From Spirochaetales bacterium (GTDB lineage Bacteria > Spirochaetota > Spirochaetia > DSM-27196 > SLST01), in assembly GCA_007127335.1 (NCBI GenBank), contig SKZO01000156.1, positions 2,658 through 66,657 of the forward strand: DNA of 64,000 nucleotides. Direction: 5' to 3'. The notes beneath the pieces are model-generated. The model was given only the letters and a program-made list of their open reading frames with translations, was not told the origin of the DNA and did no database searches. How positions within the stretch are numbered: the first letter of the stretch is position 1; each line of letters starts with the position of its first letter. The position numbers were made by a program, and so were the translations under genes. Shown piece by piece: positions 27,072 through 36,215 of this stretch.

Positions 27072-28358
27072 ATGCATTCCTGCCGCGCATCACACATCCT
27101 TCGCCCCATTGCTCTGCTCCTGCTCGCCTGTCTCCCGACGTTCCCGGGTTCAGCGCAGACGACGGACGGCGAGGCGACCGATGCACCGCTGGTCTCGCGA
27201 ATGCGGCTTTCCGTGCGCGACTCGCAGATACGAGTGTCGTGGGAAGAGGCGGAGGCACCGGTAGCTGAGTACCTCGTGTACCGGGCCGGGCAGCCGATCA
27301 CGAGCGAGACGGTTGGAGAGGCGATCCACGTTGGAACTGTGGACGGGAGCGAACGCGCCTACATGGACAGCGTTGCGGAACCGGGCGATTACTACTACGC
27401 AGTCGTCGCAGTCGACCCGGACGGCACCGCGCATCCGATCATCGTCCCGGACCGCAACGCGAGTGATCGCCCGGTGACCATCGAGTCGGTAGCGACGCCG
27501 GCAGAGGGCGCGGCGCGGGTCGTACGTCTCGATTGGGCGCTTGTCGAGCGCAACGAGCGCACCGCCATCGAGATCAGCCTCGTTGCCGACCGAGAGGGGC
27601 GAACCGTCGCCGTCTACCGGTCGACGCGTGCGCTCTCGACCACGGGGGACCTTGAGCACGCCACGCTCGTCGGCAAGGTGGATTCGGGGACGGCGCAGCT
27701 GATCGATCTCCCGGTACCCGGCGTGGAGTACTACTACGCCGCGCTCGACGTGGAGACGCTGCTGTCCGGCAGGAACGCGATCCATCCGGGCGAGAATGCC
27801 ACACTCGACCCCGCGGAGATCCCCCTCGAGCGAGCCGCCGAGATTCGCGTGCCCGAGCGGATCGCGGGCGCAACAATCGCCGGAGTTCGACGAGCACCCC
27901 TTCCGCTTCTGGACCTGCAGTACCGGTTGACAACCGGGCGACGGCTGCGCGATCCGCGCGCCCTGGTCCCACGGCCCACCGCCGTTGATCCCGAAACCGA
28001 GCAGAGGATCTCCGAACTGCTCGAACGGACAGGCGTGCGCCGCGGAGTCGAGCCCGCGCCGGCGGTACTCGCTGAAGACCGGCTGCCCGAGCCGCAGGGC
28101 GCCGAATACACGCTTCGCACGATCATCGACGGTCCGTTCAGGCGGCGAGCATGGGAGGAGGCAATCGTCCAGCTCGAGAACTACTTCACCCTGCCGCTCC
28201 CTCCCGATCTTGCCGCCCGCGCGCATTTCTACCGCGCCCAGGCATACTACTTCACCGGTGAGCGTCAGCAGGCGATTCTCGAGTTCGTCCTCGCGCGCGA
28301 GCACCACTATGTCGAGGTTCGGTCATGGCTCGACCACCTCCTGTCTCCTGCGCGGTGA
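27072..28358 (+). CDS. secreted protein with Ig/FN3-like repeats and TPR-like C-terminus (hypothetical)
   Basis: Start at ATG 27072 gives the signal peptide MHSCRASHILRPIALLLLACLPTFPGSAQ. Two repeats end in GDYYYAVVAVDPDG / GVEYYYAALDVE. C-terminal HFYRAQAYYFTGERQQAILEF is TPR-like. The track start at 26919 would overlap prfB. Confidence 0.5.
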   Translation: MHSCRASHILRPIALLLLACLPTFPGSAQTTDGEATDAPLVSRMRLSVRDSQIRVSWEEAEAPVAEYLVYRAGQPITSETVGEAIHVGTVDGSERAYMDSVAEPGDYYYAVVAVDPDGTAHPIIVPDRNASDRPVTIESVATPAEGAARVVRLDWALVERNERTAIEISLVADREGRTVAVYRSTRALSTTGDLEHATLVGKVDSGTAQLIDLPVPGVEYYYAALDVETLLSGRNAIHPGENATLDPAEIPLERAAEIRVPERIAGATIAGVRRAPLPLLDLQYRLTTGRRLRDPRALVPRPTAVDPETEQRISELLERTGVRRGVEPAPAVLAEDRLPEPQGAEYTLRTIIDGPFRRRAWEEAIVQLENYFTLPLPPDLAARAHFYRAQAYYFTGERQQAILEFVLAREHHYVEVRSWLDHLLSPAR

Positions 28359-28394
28359 CCAGGGAGCAGCGCCGCTGTCCAGAGCCGGGCACTC

Positions 28395-30425
28395 TTACAG
28401 TCGTTCGAGTCTGAGAGACACGGACACGGTGAACGTAGCCCCGGGCTCGAGAGCAAGCCGGAACCGGGGCACCACACTCGTTCCCTGGTACCTCGTCTCC
28501 AGCCCGCCGGACCCCTGGCTGACGGTCTCGACGGGCACGATCCAGACTTCGCACTCATCGCTGAGACCGATGGTCAGACTCGTATCGTTCACCAGATCGT
28601 CGAGACGAACCGATTCGGCGGTCTGAACCACCTGACGCTCCGGCCCGATCTCGACAAACTGCGCGTGCCCGTGTCGGGCGAAGAGACGCATGCTGTCCGC
28701 ATCCTGCGAGAGAAGCGCGAAGTTGAGCTCCGGGGCGAACACGGTATCTATTCGCGCCTCGTCACCGCAGGTGATCCCGTACTCGACCTCCACGGCGCTC
28801 CGCTTGAACCGGTACTGCTTGGCGATCGACACCGCATGATCGGCCCTGCCCTGGCGCACCGTACCGGAGGCTGAGAGCGCAATGACGTGCGCGTCGCGCC
28901 TCCCATCCGCTCGGTCGTACAGACCGGAGATGAACGACCCCTGCTCCTCCGCCCGGGCCGTATCGAACTCCACGACGGTCGCTTCCGGGCTCAGGAAATG
29001 GTCCATGAAGCTCCTGCGCAGGTGCGAGTCGTACCCTCTCGCCTCTACCTCCGCCGTGTGATAGCGCTCCCGGCGCCGCGCGAGGGTGTCGAGATAGTTC
29101 CACGAGACGGGGAGGTAGTCGAGCTCAAAGAGTACTCCTCCTTCGGAATGGACGTACGCGTTCAGGTCCTGCCCCTGGTAGAGGAACTCGTCGAGTCCGT
29201 CCATGTCGAAGTCGACCGTGACGACCGACGGGATGAAGATACCCCGCTCCCGCGTCTTCTTCTCCGCCTCGATCAACGACCTGAAGACCTGCTTCCGCAA
29301 TCGGTTGCTGTAGATTCCGCAGTGGTCACCGTGCCAGTAGGCGCTGTGGCACTGACCTTTCCAGAGCTCCTCCCGCGCCGCCTGCTTGCGGTATTTGTCG
29401 CCACGGATCTGGTTTACCAGAACGTGAGTGTACTGCATCTTCGCGTACATCAGATTGCTTTCCGCGTACCGGGTGAGAACCTGCCGGAAGTGCCCCCCGA
29501 AGATGCACCCATTGCGTCCGCCCTCGAATCGCCTGCGGAGAACATCGTATGCCTCCTGGCGTTCCGGCGAGGGTGACCAGCAGGCCATCTCCTGGCACGA
29601 CGTCGACGGGAAATAGCCGCGCGTCCTTGGCCGAGTCTCTTTCAGGTAGACCGACGGCAGCGTCACATCGACCCAGTCGTGATGCTCGTGAACCAGCTCG
29701 ACCAGACGCTCGAGCCACGGCGTCGACCGTTGCGACGGGTGATCGTCGGTCCGGCCATGCTCCGCGTACCGCTCGCCGGCATCGAGCAGCACCAGCACTT
29801 CGCTCCGATCGGCAGTCGCCCGTTTCTCCAGGAAGGTCAGTACGTCCTCGGGGCGGCCTTCTCTCGCCACTTCGCGCAGATCGTGGCAGACGGGAAAGAC
29901 CGCGAGGGTCTTCCCCTGGTCTTCAGTGATGCAGGGACGCAGCAGGTCAGCTCCGTTGAGTCCTGCGGCGATGAAGTGATAGTCGTCGAGAAAGGCGTAC
30001 TCCATACCGCTCGATCGCAGGGTGCTCGGAAGCGTCGGCTCCCATACATGCTCGGTGATCCAGGTTCCACGAGGGCGTCGGCCGAATCGTTTCCGGAGAT
30101 AGGTCGTGAGATTCTCGATCTGGCCCAGTCGATCCGGCCTGGGGATGAGCGGAAGCACCGGGTCATAGAACCCGCCTCCGAGGAGTTCGACCTGCTTGCG
30201 GCCAACCATCTCAGCAAGCACGTCGGTGTATTCGGAGTGATGTCGCTCGAGCCATTGGAGCAGATGCCCTGAGTAATGGAGCGTTACCGGTGTCTGAGGT
30301 GCGTTGTAGAGTGCGCGCAGGAAGGGCTTGTAAGAGCGTTGATAGACATGTTCGATCTCGTCATCCGTGGCGCCCACCGGTTGACTGTTCGTGGAGCCGA
30401 AGATGAGCCTGACAGCGTTCATCAC
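28395..30425 (-). CDS. glycoside hydrolase family 57 protein (alpha-amylase / 4-alpha-glucanotransferase-like)
   Basis: Matches to GH57 conserved regions as I recall them: KQVELLGGGFYDPVLP (GQLEIV-like), GTWITEHVWEP (WLTERVW, nucleophile Glu present), LVLLDAGERYAEHG (HDDGEKFG-like), KGQCHSAYWHG (AQCNDAYWH-like). Confidence 0.8.
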   Translation of the reverse strand: MMNAVRLIFGSTNSQPVGATDDEIEHVYQRSYKPFLRALYNAPQTPVTLHYSGHLLQWLERHHSEYTDVLAEMVGRKQVELLGGGFYDPVLPLIPRPDRLGQIENLTTYLRKRFGRRPRGTWITEHVWEPTLPSTLRSSGMEYAFLDDYHFIAAGLNGADLLRPCITEDQGKTLAVFPVCHDLREVAREGRPEDVLTFLEKRATADRSEVLVLLDAGERYAEHGRTDDHPSQRSTPWLERLVELVHEHHDWVDVTLPSVYLKETRPRTRGYFPSTSCQEMACWSPSPERQEAYDVLRRRFEGGRNGCIFGGHFRQVLTRYAESNLMYAKMQYTHVLVNQIRGDKYRKQAAREELWKGQCHSAYWHGDHCGIYSNRLRKQVFRSLIEAEKKTRERGIFIPSVVTVDFDMDGLDEFLYQGQDLNAYVHSEGGVLFELDYLPVSWNYLDTLARRRERYHTAEVEARGYDSHLRRSFMDHFLSPEATVVEFDTARAEEQGSFISGLYDRADGRRDAHVIALSASGTVRQGRADHAVSIAKQYRFKRSAVEVEYGITCGDEARIDTVFAPELNFALLSQDADSMRLFARHGHAQFVEIGPERQVVQTAESVRLDDLVNDTSLTIGLSDECEVWIVPVETVSQGSGGLETRYQGTSVVPRFRLALEPGATFTVSVSLRLERL

Positions 30426-30519
30426 CTTCCCGCCTGGTCGGTTCGGACAGTGGAGACGATTTTACTTCCGCAGACCGCGCGTGTAAATCCCCCGGGCCGT
30501 GGCGCGAAACAGATATGCC

Positions 30520-31110
30520 CTACCCCACCAGGTTCTGCAGAAAAACCTGATCGAACGCGAGAAGCGCGAGCGCCAGCAGGCCCGTAGTGAGGAACGCGAC
30601 CGGCATGCCTCGCAGAGCCCGAGGCACGGCCTCGGTCTCGAGCTCCTCGCGAATCGCAGCGACAACCACCATGACACCCAGGACGCCCACCCCGCCGGAG
30701 AAGCCCGCGATCAGACTCTCGATCGGACCGAAATCGGCGCGTGCGGCGACAAACGCGATCCCGAGCACGACGCAGTTCGTCGAGACGATCGGCAGGTACT
30801 TCCCGACCGATCTGTGGAGAGCCGGTGCGACGGCCTCAACGAGGCGCTCCATATAGTGGCCGAGCGCGAGAATCGCGAGCACGAACACCAGAGTCTGCAG
30901 GAAGAGCAGGCCGAGCGGAGCGAGTATCCACGTCCGCAGCGCCCAGGTCAGGAGCGCCCCGGTTGCCATGACCAGTGTCGTCGCGAGGCCGAGACCGATC
31001 GATGAGCCGATCCGACGCGAGGCCCCCATCACCGGGCAGACCCCAAGAAGGTAGGTCAGAACGAGGTTGTTGACGAGGACGAAGGTCAGGATGATACCGA
31101 CGTAGCTCAT
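30520..31110 (-). CDS. rnfA: Rnf electron-transport complex subunit A
   Basis: Close in pattern to E. coli RnfA along the full length (VLVNNLVLTYLLGVCPVMG, GLGLATTLVM, GKYLPIVSTNCVVLG, AAIREELE). Confidence 0.9.
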   Translation of the reverse strand: MSYVGIILTFVLVNNLVLTYLLGVCPVMGASRRIGSSIGLGLATTLVMATGALLTWALRTWILAPLGLLFLQTLVFVLAILALGHYMERLVEAVAPALHRSVGKYLPIVSTNCVVLGIAFVAARADFGPIESLIAGFSGGVGVLGVMVVVAAIREELETEAVPRALRGMPVAFLTTGLLALALLAFDQVFLQNLVG

Positions 31111-31751
31111 GCCTGATCCTCCGCGCCGGCAGCATGGCCGACAGGACCTTGCCGGAACCGCGAAAAGAGCGCGACGAGGTACCCCACGGTCAGGAGCGCC
31201 CCGGGCGCCAGCACCATCACGCGCGCCGGGTTGTCGCTCATCCGCGGCACCGCGAAGACGCCGTCAAAATCCCCGAAAGCGACGAGCGTCACGGTCCCGG
31301 AGCCGAGCACCTCGCGAATCAGGGCGATGAGCGTCAGACTGAGCAGGAACCCCACGCCGAACCCGAGGCCGTCGAGCAAGGCACGCGCCGGTACGACCTG
31401 ACGCGCAAAGACGTCGGCACGTGCCAGTACGGCGCAGTTGACGGCAATGAGAGGGACGAAGATCCCAAGGCGCTCGCTGAGACCGGGGAGATGGGCCTGC
31501 ATCGTGAGGTCGACGATCGTGACGAAGAGCGCGCTGACGCCGAGGAAGACCGGGTACTGTATGCGGGGCGCGACGATCCTTCCGAGCAGTGATACGCTCA
31601 CATTGGAGGCGACGAGCACGATGAGAACGCCCGCCCCCAGACCAATGGCATTGATGACGTGCGTGGTCACGGCGAGCGCCGGACAGAGGCCGATCAGGGT
31701 GACGAAGATCACGTTCTCTCGGAAGATGCCGCGGGTCAGATCACGAACCAT
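31107..31751 (-). CDS. rnfE: Rnf electron-transport complex subunit E
   Basis: IFRENVIFVTLIGLCPALAVTT, LGIFVPLIAVNCAVLARA. Start placed at ATG 31751 (MVRDLTRG), an 11-nt overlap with the rnfD stop; the track start is 31799. 4-nt overlap with rnfA. Confidence 0.88.
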   Translation of the reverse strand: MVRDLTRGIFRENVIFVTLIGLCPALAVTTHVINAIGLGAGVLIVLVASNVSVSLLGRIVAPRIQYPVFLGVSALFVTIVDLTMQAHLPGLSERLGIFVPLIAVNCAVLARADVFARQVVPARALLDGLGFGVGFLLSLTLIALIREVLGSGTVTLVAFGDFDGVFAVPRMSDNPARVMVLAPGALLTVGYLVALFSRFRQGPVGHAAGAEDQA

Positions 31752-32841
31752 GGCGCACCTCTCTGTGCCCGAACCGCCTTGGTCTGCAGAGGCGATCAAT
31801 CAGGGGCACGACTGCATTCACCAGGATGATCGCCAGGGCAACCGACTCCGGGAACTGCCCGTACGCCCGCAGCACGAACGCGATGATCCCGGCGACGCTG
31901 CCGTAGATGAGCATCCCGCCTCCGGTCAACGGAGACGTCACCGGATCGGTCGCCATGTAGAAGGACGCAAGGACGAAGCCGCCGGTCAGAACAGAGAATA
32001 GCACGTCTCCCTCGAACAGACCCAGGCCTGCCGTGAGCCCGCCGAAAACCCTCGTGCATACCGCGAAGGTCACGAAGAAGGCGGCCGGGACGTGCCAGGT
32101 GATGATACGTCGGGCGAACAGGAAGATGGTGCCCGCGAGGAGCAGCAGGGCCGACGCTTCACCGATGCTGCCGGCGACGTTCCCGACGAACAGGTCGACG
32201 TAGCCGGTGGGCAGATTCACGCCTGCCCGACCAAGCACGTTCACGTTGAGCCAGCTGGTCACCTCGGTATCAAACGCCGAAACCGGGTACCCTGCGTCCC
32301 GCAGGACGGCGATGGGGGCCTGCGCGCGTTCCGGGGCGGTCGCCTTCACGAGGCTCAGGGGGGTTGCCCCGGCGAGACCGTCCACCAGGTCAAGCGTGCG
32401 CGGTGCCGGCCAGGTCGTCATGGCCCCCGGCCACGAGAAGGCGACGAACACCCTCCCGGCGAGCGCCGGGTTCATCCAGTTGCCTCCGAGCCCTCCGAAA
32501 CTCCACTTGACCACGAACATGGCGAAGGCCGAAGCAACGACCGGGATGAACAACGGGACCGCGGGAGAGAGCGACATACCAATGAGGAGCCCGCAGAGTA
32601 CGGCGCTCCCGTCGCGGAGCGTCACACGGGAGGCGAGCCGCGCCGCCGCGGCCTCGAAGACGACTGCCGACAGGATGGCAGCCGCAAGGACGAGAGCCGC
32701 ACGCGTCCCATAGAGGTAGACGCCCCAGCCGGCGCCCGGAAGGAGACAGAGCGTGACGATCCACATGATGCGGGTCGTCGACGATCGATCGTGGTACTGA
32801 GGCGGATCGGAGGCGACGAGGGCGATTCGGGAGTCACTCAC
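31741..32841 (-). CDS. rnfD: Rnf electron-transport complex subunit D
   Basis: Polytopic membrane protein with NPALAGRVF, ATPLS and YMATDPVTSP motifs typical of RnfD/NqrB. 8-nt overlap with the rnfC stop. Confidence 0.9.
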   Translation of the reverse strand: MSDSRIALVASDPPQYHDRSSTTRIMWIVTLCLLPGAGWGVYLYGTRAALVLAAAILSAVVFEAAAARLASRVTLRDGSAVLCGLLIGMSLSPAVPLFIPVVASAFAMFVVKWSFGGLGGNWMNPALAGRVFVAFSWPGAMTTWPAPRTLDLVDGLAGATPLSLVKATAPERAQAPIAVLRDAGYPVSAFDTEVTSWLNVNVLGRAGVNLPTGYVDLFVGNVAGSIGEASALLLLAGTIFLFARRIITWHVPAAFFVTFAVCTRVFGGLTAGLGLFEGDVLFSVLTGGFVLASFYMATDPVTSPLTGGGMLIYGSVAGIIAFVLRAYGQFPESVALAIILVNAVVPLIDRLCRPRRFGHREVRHGS

Positions 32842-34162
32842 CGGAACCCCCGTCTCCGTGCCGGATCTTCGCCTGTCGCAGCTGCCGGACGAGAGGAATT
32901 CGGGATGGGCAGATATAGCCGCAGGCTCCGCACTCCGTGCAGTCCTGCAGCCCTTCCGAAGCGGCTCTCCGCAGGTCTCCGTGCTCGATGAGCTTGTACA
33001 GCCTCGTTGGATCGAGACCCATGGGACAGGAGGTGACGCAGCGGCCGCACTGGATGCACGGCAGGGTCCGAGCGCCTCTGATCTCGCCCGCGGTCAGCGC
33101 GAGCACGGCCCGAGTTCCCTTCGTGATGGGAGTACGAAGGTCGGTCACCGTGTGGCCGGTCATGGGGCCGCCCATGACGACCTTCATTGGCGTCTTCCGG
33201 AATCCGCCGCACTCCTCGATCAGATCGCCAACAGGCGTTCCTATGCGAACCTTGACGTTTGCTTCCTCCGCGATCGCCCGGCCGGCGACCGTCACGACCC
33301 TCTCGATCAGCGGGATCCCCAGAACGACTGCCTCATATACGGCCCTCGCCGTGGTAACGCCAAGCGTCATGCATCCCACGTCGGCTGCGACGCCTCCGGA
33401 AGGGATTTCTCGTCCGGTAACCGCCTTCACGAGCTGCCGTTCATCGCCCTGCGGGTACCGCACGCGCAGCCGCACGACGTGAGACTCCAGGCCGGACGAG
33501 CGCACCGCTGTGCGAAGGGCGGAAATCGCATCCGGTTTGTTCGACTCGACGGCAATCACGATCCTCGAAGGGCGGGTGACCCGGGAGACGATCTCGAGAC
33601 CGGTCAGCACCGAGGACACCTGCTCTACCATCGTCCGGTGGTCGCCGGACAGGTAGGGTTCCGACTCGCACCCGTTCAGGATCAGCGTGTCACACCGACG
33701 GTGGTCCATGCGCCCGTACGACAGAGGCATTGGCAACCTGGACCCGTCCATGTCGACGACTCCGTGCTCCGCGATCAACCGCGAAAGCGTCCTGCGATCG
33801 CATGACTGCCAGTCACGCACCTCCGCACGCTTTCCCAGGAGATCGAACTCCCCGTCCATATCGATGACGACGGCGTCGCAGGAGATGCCGCCCGGCAGGA
33901 CAACGGGCCGTATCTCCCGCACGACGCCGGGGATCGGGGCGTGCACGTTGGCGCTGCGAGAGCTCGCTGCCCGACCCACGAGCATGCCCTCTCGCACGCG
34001 GTCCATCCGCGACACGCACGCGATCGCCGGCTCGCCCGAGTGCTGCAGGAGCGGCACGATCGACGTACGGGGAATCGCGGCGTTCCACAGAAGGGCGCGA
34101 CCAGTCTGATGCTTGCGGTCGGGCGGGACTATACCGCCCCGGGGAAATGTAAGCCTGCGCAC
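32834..34162 (-). CDS. rnfC: Rnf electron-transport complex subunit C
   Basis: N-terminal LTFPRGGIVPPDRKHQT (RnfC N-terminal barrel), SANVHAPIPGVV, and two ferredoxin-type clusters (CIQCGRCVTSCP, CTECGACGYICP). Start placed at GTG 34162, which shares one base with the upstream TAG (TAGTG). The 82-codon extension in the track lies inside the upstream gene. Confidence 0.9.
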   Translation of the reverse strand: MRRLTFPRGGIVPPDRKHQTGRALLWNAAIPRTSIVPLLQHSGEPAIACVSRMDRVREGMLVGRAASSRSANVHAPIPGVVREIRPVVLPGGISCDAVVIDMDGEFDLLGKRAEVRDWQSCDRRTLSRLIAEHGVVDMDGSRLPMPLSYGRMDHRRCDTLILNGCESEPYLSGDHRTMVEQVSSVLTGLEIVSRVTRPSRIVIAVESNKPDAISALRTAVRSSGLESHVVRLRVRYPQGDERQLVKAVTGREIPSGGVAADVGCMTLGVTTARAVYEAVVLGIPLIERVVTVAGRAIAEEANVKVRIGTPVGDLIEECGGFRKTPMKVVMGGPMTGHTVTDLRTPITKGTRAVLALTAGEIRGARTLPCIQCGRCVTSCPMGLDPTRLYKLIEHGDLRRAASEGLQDCTECGACGYICPSRIPLVRQLRQAKIRHGDGGSGE

Positions 34163-35727
34163 TATGCTACCTGTCTGCGTCGCCTGGCGAGCTCGAGTAC
34201 GGGACTCCTGCGAACAGGCCTCGCTCGAGAAAAGGCTGCGAGCAGGAACGGGGCCAGGACCAGTACGACGTATGTAATATGCTGGAGAACTCGTGAATGA
34301 TCGGAGTATATGGTGTCCGCCGGGGAGAGAACAACCCCTGCCGGCCGGCCGATACCCACGAGCATGCTCGCGATTCCGGCCGGCGGATCCTCGAGTGCCG
34401 TCGCGAACCACGCGGCGTCGAAGACGAGCACCGGGTCGGAGAACCCGGCATACGAGCCGTCCGCTTCCTGGCGGAATCGCTCGAGCGCCACCACCTCGTT
34501 GCGTCCGGGGAAGCCGAACCCACGACCGTACAGCAGCCCTTCCTGATATGCGCGGTGCGAGAGATAGTCCGCAATATCGGGCAGGCCCCGATCGGTTCGG
34601 GCCTCCGACAGCTCGGCGAGGGCGTCATAGGCGAACCCCGACGCCGCGACGACCCGAGGTACGGGGCTCAGGCCGGTGGAGGGGGCCGTCACGTCGACCA
34701 GCGGAGGAAGAGCGACGAGAAACGGGATAATGAATGCCCCTGCGCGCGCCCATGGGCGCCCGACGACGGCACTGAGTCGGCCCGGGATGATGCTGAGCGG
34801 CTCGAATGGCCGGTGACCGGCATCGTAGCTCGCACGGATCGACAGGAGCACCGCGATCGGGCCGGCGACAGAGCCGACGAGCGCGACGAACAGCGCGAAG
34901 ACCGGCTCTGCACCCGAGACGGTGGCGAGGTAGAGTGACGAGACGAGGACTGCGGCACCAAGGCCGACGAAACGGAGCGTGAGCGTCCTGCTCCAGGCGG
35001 GCCGTGAATGCCGCCGGGTAGTCTGCGACCCGGTCGGCCCGGCCGCAAGGAGGGCCGAAGCCTCAGCCGCAACCCATATGACAAAGCACAGCAGCACCGT
35101 CGCCGGCGCTACGGCAGCGATGCCGCCGAGCACTACGGCGGGCACCCATGGCAGAGCGGCCGTCACGGCCGCCGGGAGCACGGCCGGCGCCAACCGCCGA
35201 CGGTACCGGAAGCACACGAGGATGAGGCCCCCTGCGGCCACGAGGTAGAGTCCAACGGCGCCGGCCGAACGCCACGGCGACCACTCCGCCACGCGCGCCG
35301 CGTCGCCGAGGGCGCGCCGGACCGCGCGCCTACTGGCCGGCAGCGACCCGCTGAACCGTGCGTACACCGCATTGCGCCCCTCAATGGTGAAGTAGTGCGG
35401 CAGGCGTGCGATCCACGGATCACGCCGCGGATCGAGCGGATCGAGCCGTTGGAGCGCAACCGGGAGCGGCACCCGCTCGACGGTTCGGAACCGGGAGACG
35501 TATACCTCGGTCGTCTGCGGCGTGATGACGTCGGTCGCGCCGGCGTCGAGCAGCGCGTCAGCAGCTGCCGCATGGTCGAGGTCGGTCAGCACGGTCACGA
35601 AGGGGTGGAGAGGCCGGGCGTCACGCGGGGACGGAAGGGCGAGTACCAGGATGGCGGTCGAACCGAGGTAGAGGGCCAGAGCCACCGCGGCGAGGCACAG
35701 ACGCGTCGAAGCTTGCCGGTTCTTCAC
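34162..35727 (-). CDS. polytopic membrane protein of unknown function, translationally coupled to rnfC
   Basis: 521 aa. N-terminal anchor (LCLAAVALALYLGSTAILVLAL). An extracytoplasmic segment of about 130 aa. A hydrophobic core with about 8 predicted helices. A C-terminal soluble segment of about 170 aa and a terminal TM (ITYVVLVLAPFLLAAF). I recognise no family motif. Good GC3. Overlaps both neighbours (ATGA at 35724-35727; TAGTG at 34160-34164). Confidence 0.6.
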   Translation of the reverse strand: MKNRQASTRLCLAAVALALYLGSTAILVLALPSPRDARPLHPFVTVLTDLDHAAAADALLDAGATDVITPQTTEVYVSRFRTVERVPLPVALQRLDPLDPRRDPWIARLPHYFTIEGRNAVYARFSGSLPASRRAVRRALGDAARVAEWSPWRSAGAVGLYLVAAGGLILVCFRYRRRLAPAVLPAAVTAALPWVPAVVLGGIAAVAPATVLLCFVIWVAAEASALLAAGPTGSQTTRRHSRPAWSRTLTLRFVGLGAAVLVSSLYLATVSGAEPVFALFVALVGSVAGPIAVLLSIRASYDAGHRPFEPLSIIPGRLSAVVGRPWARAGAFIIPFLVALPPLVDVTAPSTGLSPVPRVVAASGFAYDALAELSEARTDRGLPDIADYLSHRAYQEGLLYGRGFGFPGRNEVVALERFRQEADGSYAGFSDPVLVFDAAWFATALEDPPAGIASMLVGIGRPAGVVLSPADTIYSDHSRVLQHITYVVLVLAPFLLAAFSRARPVRRSPVLELARRRRQVA

Positions 35728-36203
35728 AGCAGACTGAATGCGACGGCAATAAAGAAGCCCAATGCAACACCTACCGTGACTTCGGTGGGTGTATGACCCG
35801 AAACCTCCTTGACCGGATGGTACCTGATGCCGAATCGACGCACGAGCTGCGCACCGATCTCGTTCAGGGCTCGCGCCTGCAGTCCCGAACTCCGCCGAAC
35901 TCCGAGCGCGTCGCGGATGATCAGGACCCCGTAGAACAGGCTGAGCGTGAAGATGGGAGTGCCGGCCCCGTACTCGAACCCTATGGACGTCGCGAGCGCG
36001 GTCACGAGCGAAGAATGGCTGCTCGGCATACCGCCGGTCTTCCAGAACATCGTCGAGACCGCTTCACCTGAGGTCCGTGACCGATGCCGAACGACATCGA
36101 TGATGGTCTTGAGGAACTGTGCGATGAACCATGAGAAAAAGGCGGACAGGAATACCGGCCCGGATACCATCTCGTACAGGGCGGCTACGGTGCGGGCCTC
36201 CAT
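35724..36203 (-). CDS. divergent PAP2 / DUF212 (YuiD-like) membrane protein
   Basis: 159 aa from ATG 36203 (MEARTVAALYE...). Contains WKTGGMPSSHSSLVTALATSIG and RDALGVRRSSG, which match my memory of the acid-phosphatase/vanadium-haloperoxidase-related DUF212 family. The rest of track ORF 35724..37268 is antisense to the pseudouridine synthase gene. Confidence 0.75.
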   Translation of the reverse strand: MEARTVAALYEMVSGPVFLSAFFSWFIAQFLKTIIDVVRHRSRTSGEAVSTMFWKTGGMPSSHSSLVTALATSIGFEYGAGTPIFTLSLFYGVLIIRDALGVRRSSGLQARALNEIGAQLVRRFGIRYHPVKEVSGHTPTEVTVGVALGFFIAVAFSLL

Positions 36204-36215
36204 GGTGGTCTGAGT

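Noticed and set aside
31741-31799. Possibility that a small rnfG or FMN-binding ORF is hidden at the rnfD/rnfE junction.
   Set aside because: The two genes overlap, so there is no intergenic space. The lengths of RnfD (366 aa) and RnfE (~214-230 aa) are normal, so there is no room for a ~200-aa FMN_bind domain.
34163-34411. 82-codon N-terminal extension of rnfC.
   Set aside because: It lies entirely inside the upstream 521-aa membrane-protein gene, in another frame. RnfC homology begins at LTFPRGGIVPPDRKHQ, and GTG 34162 overlaps the upstream TAG.
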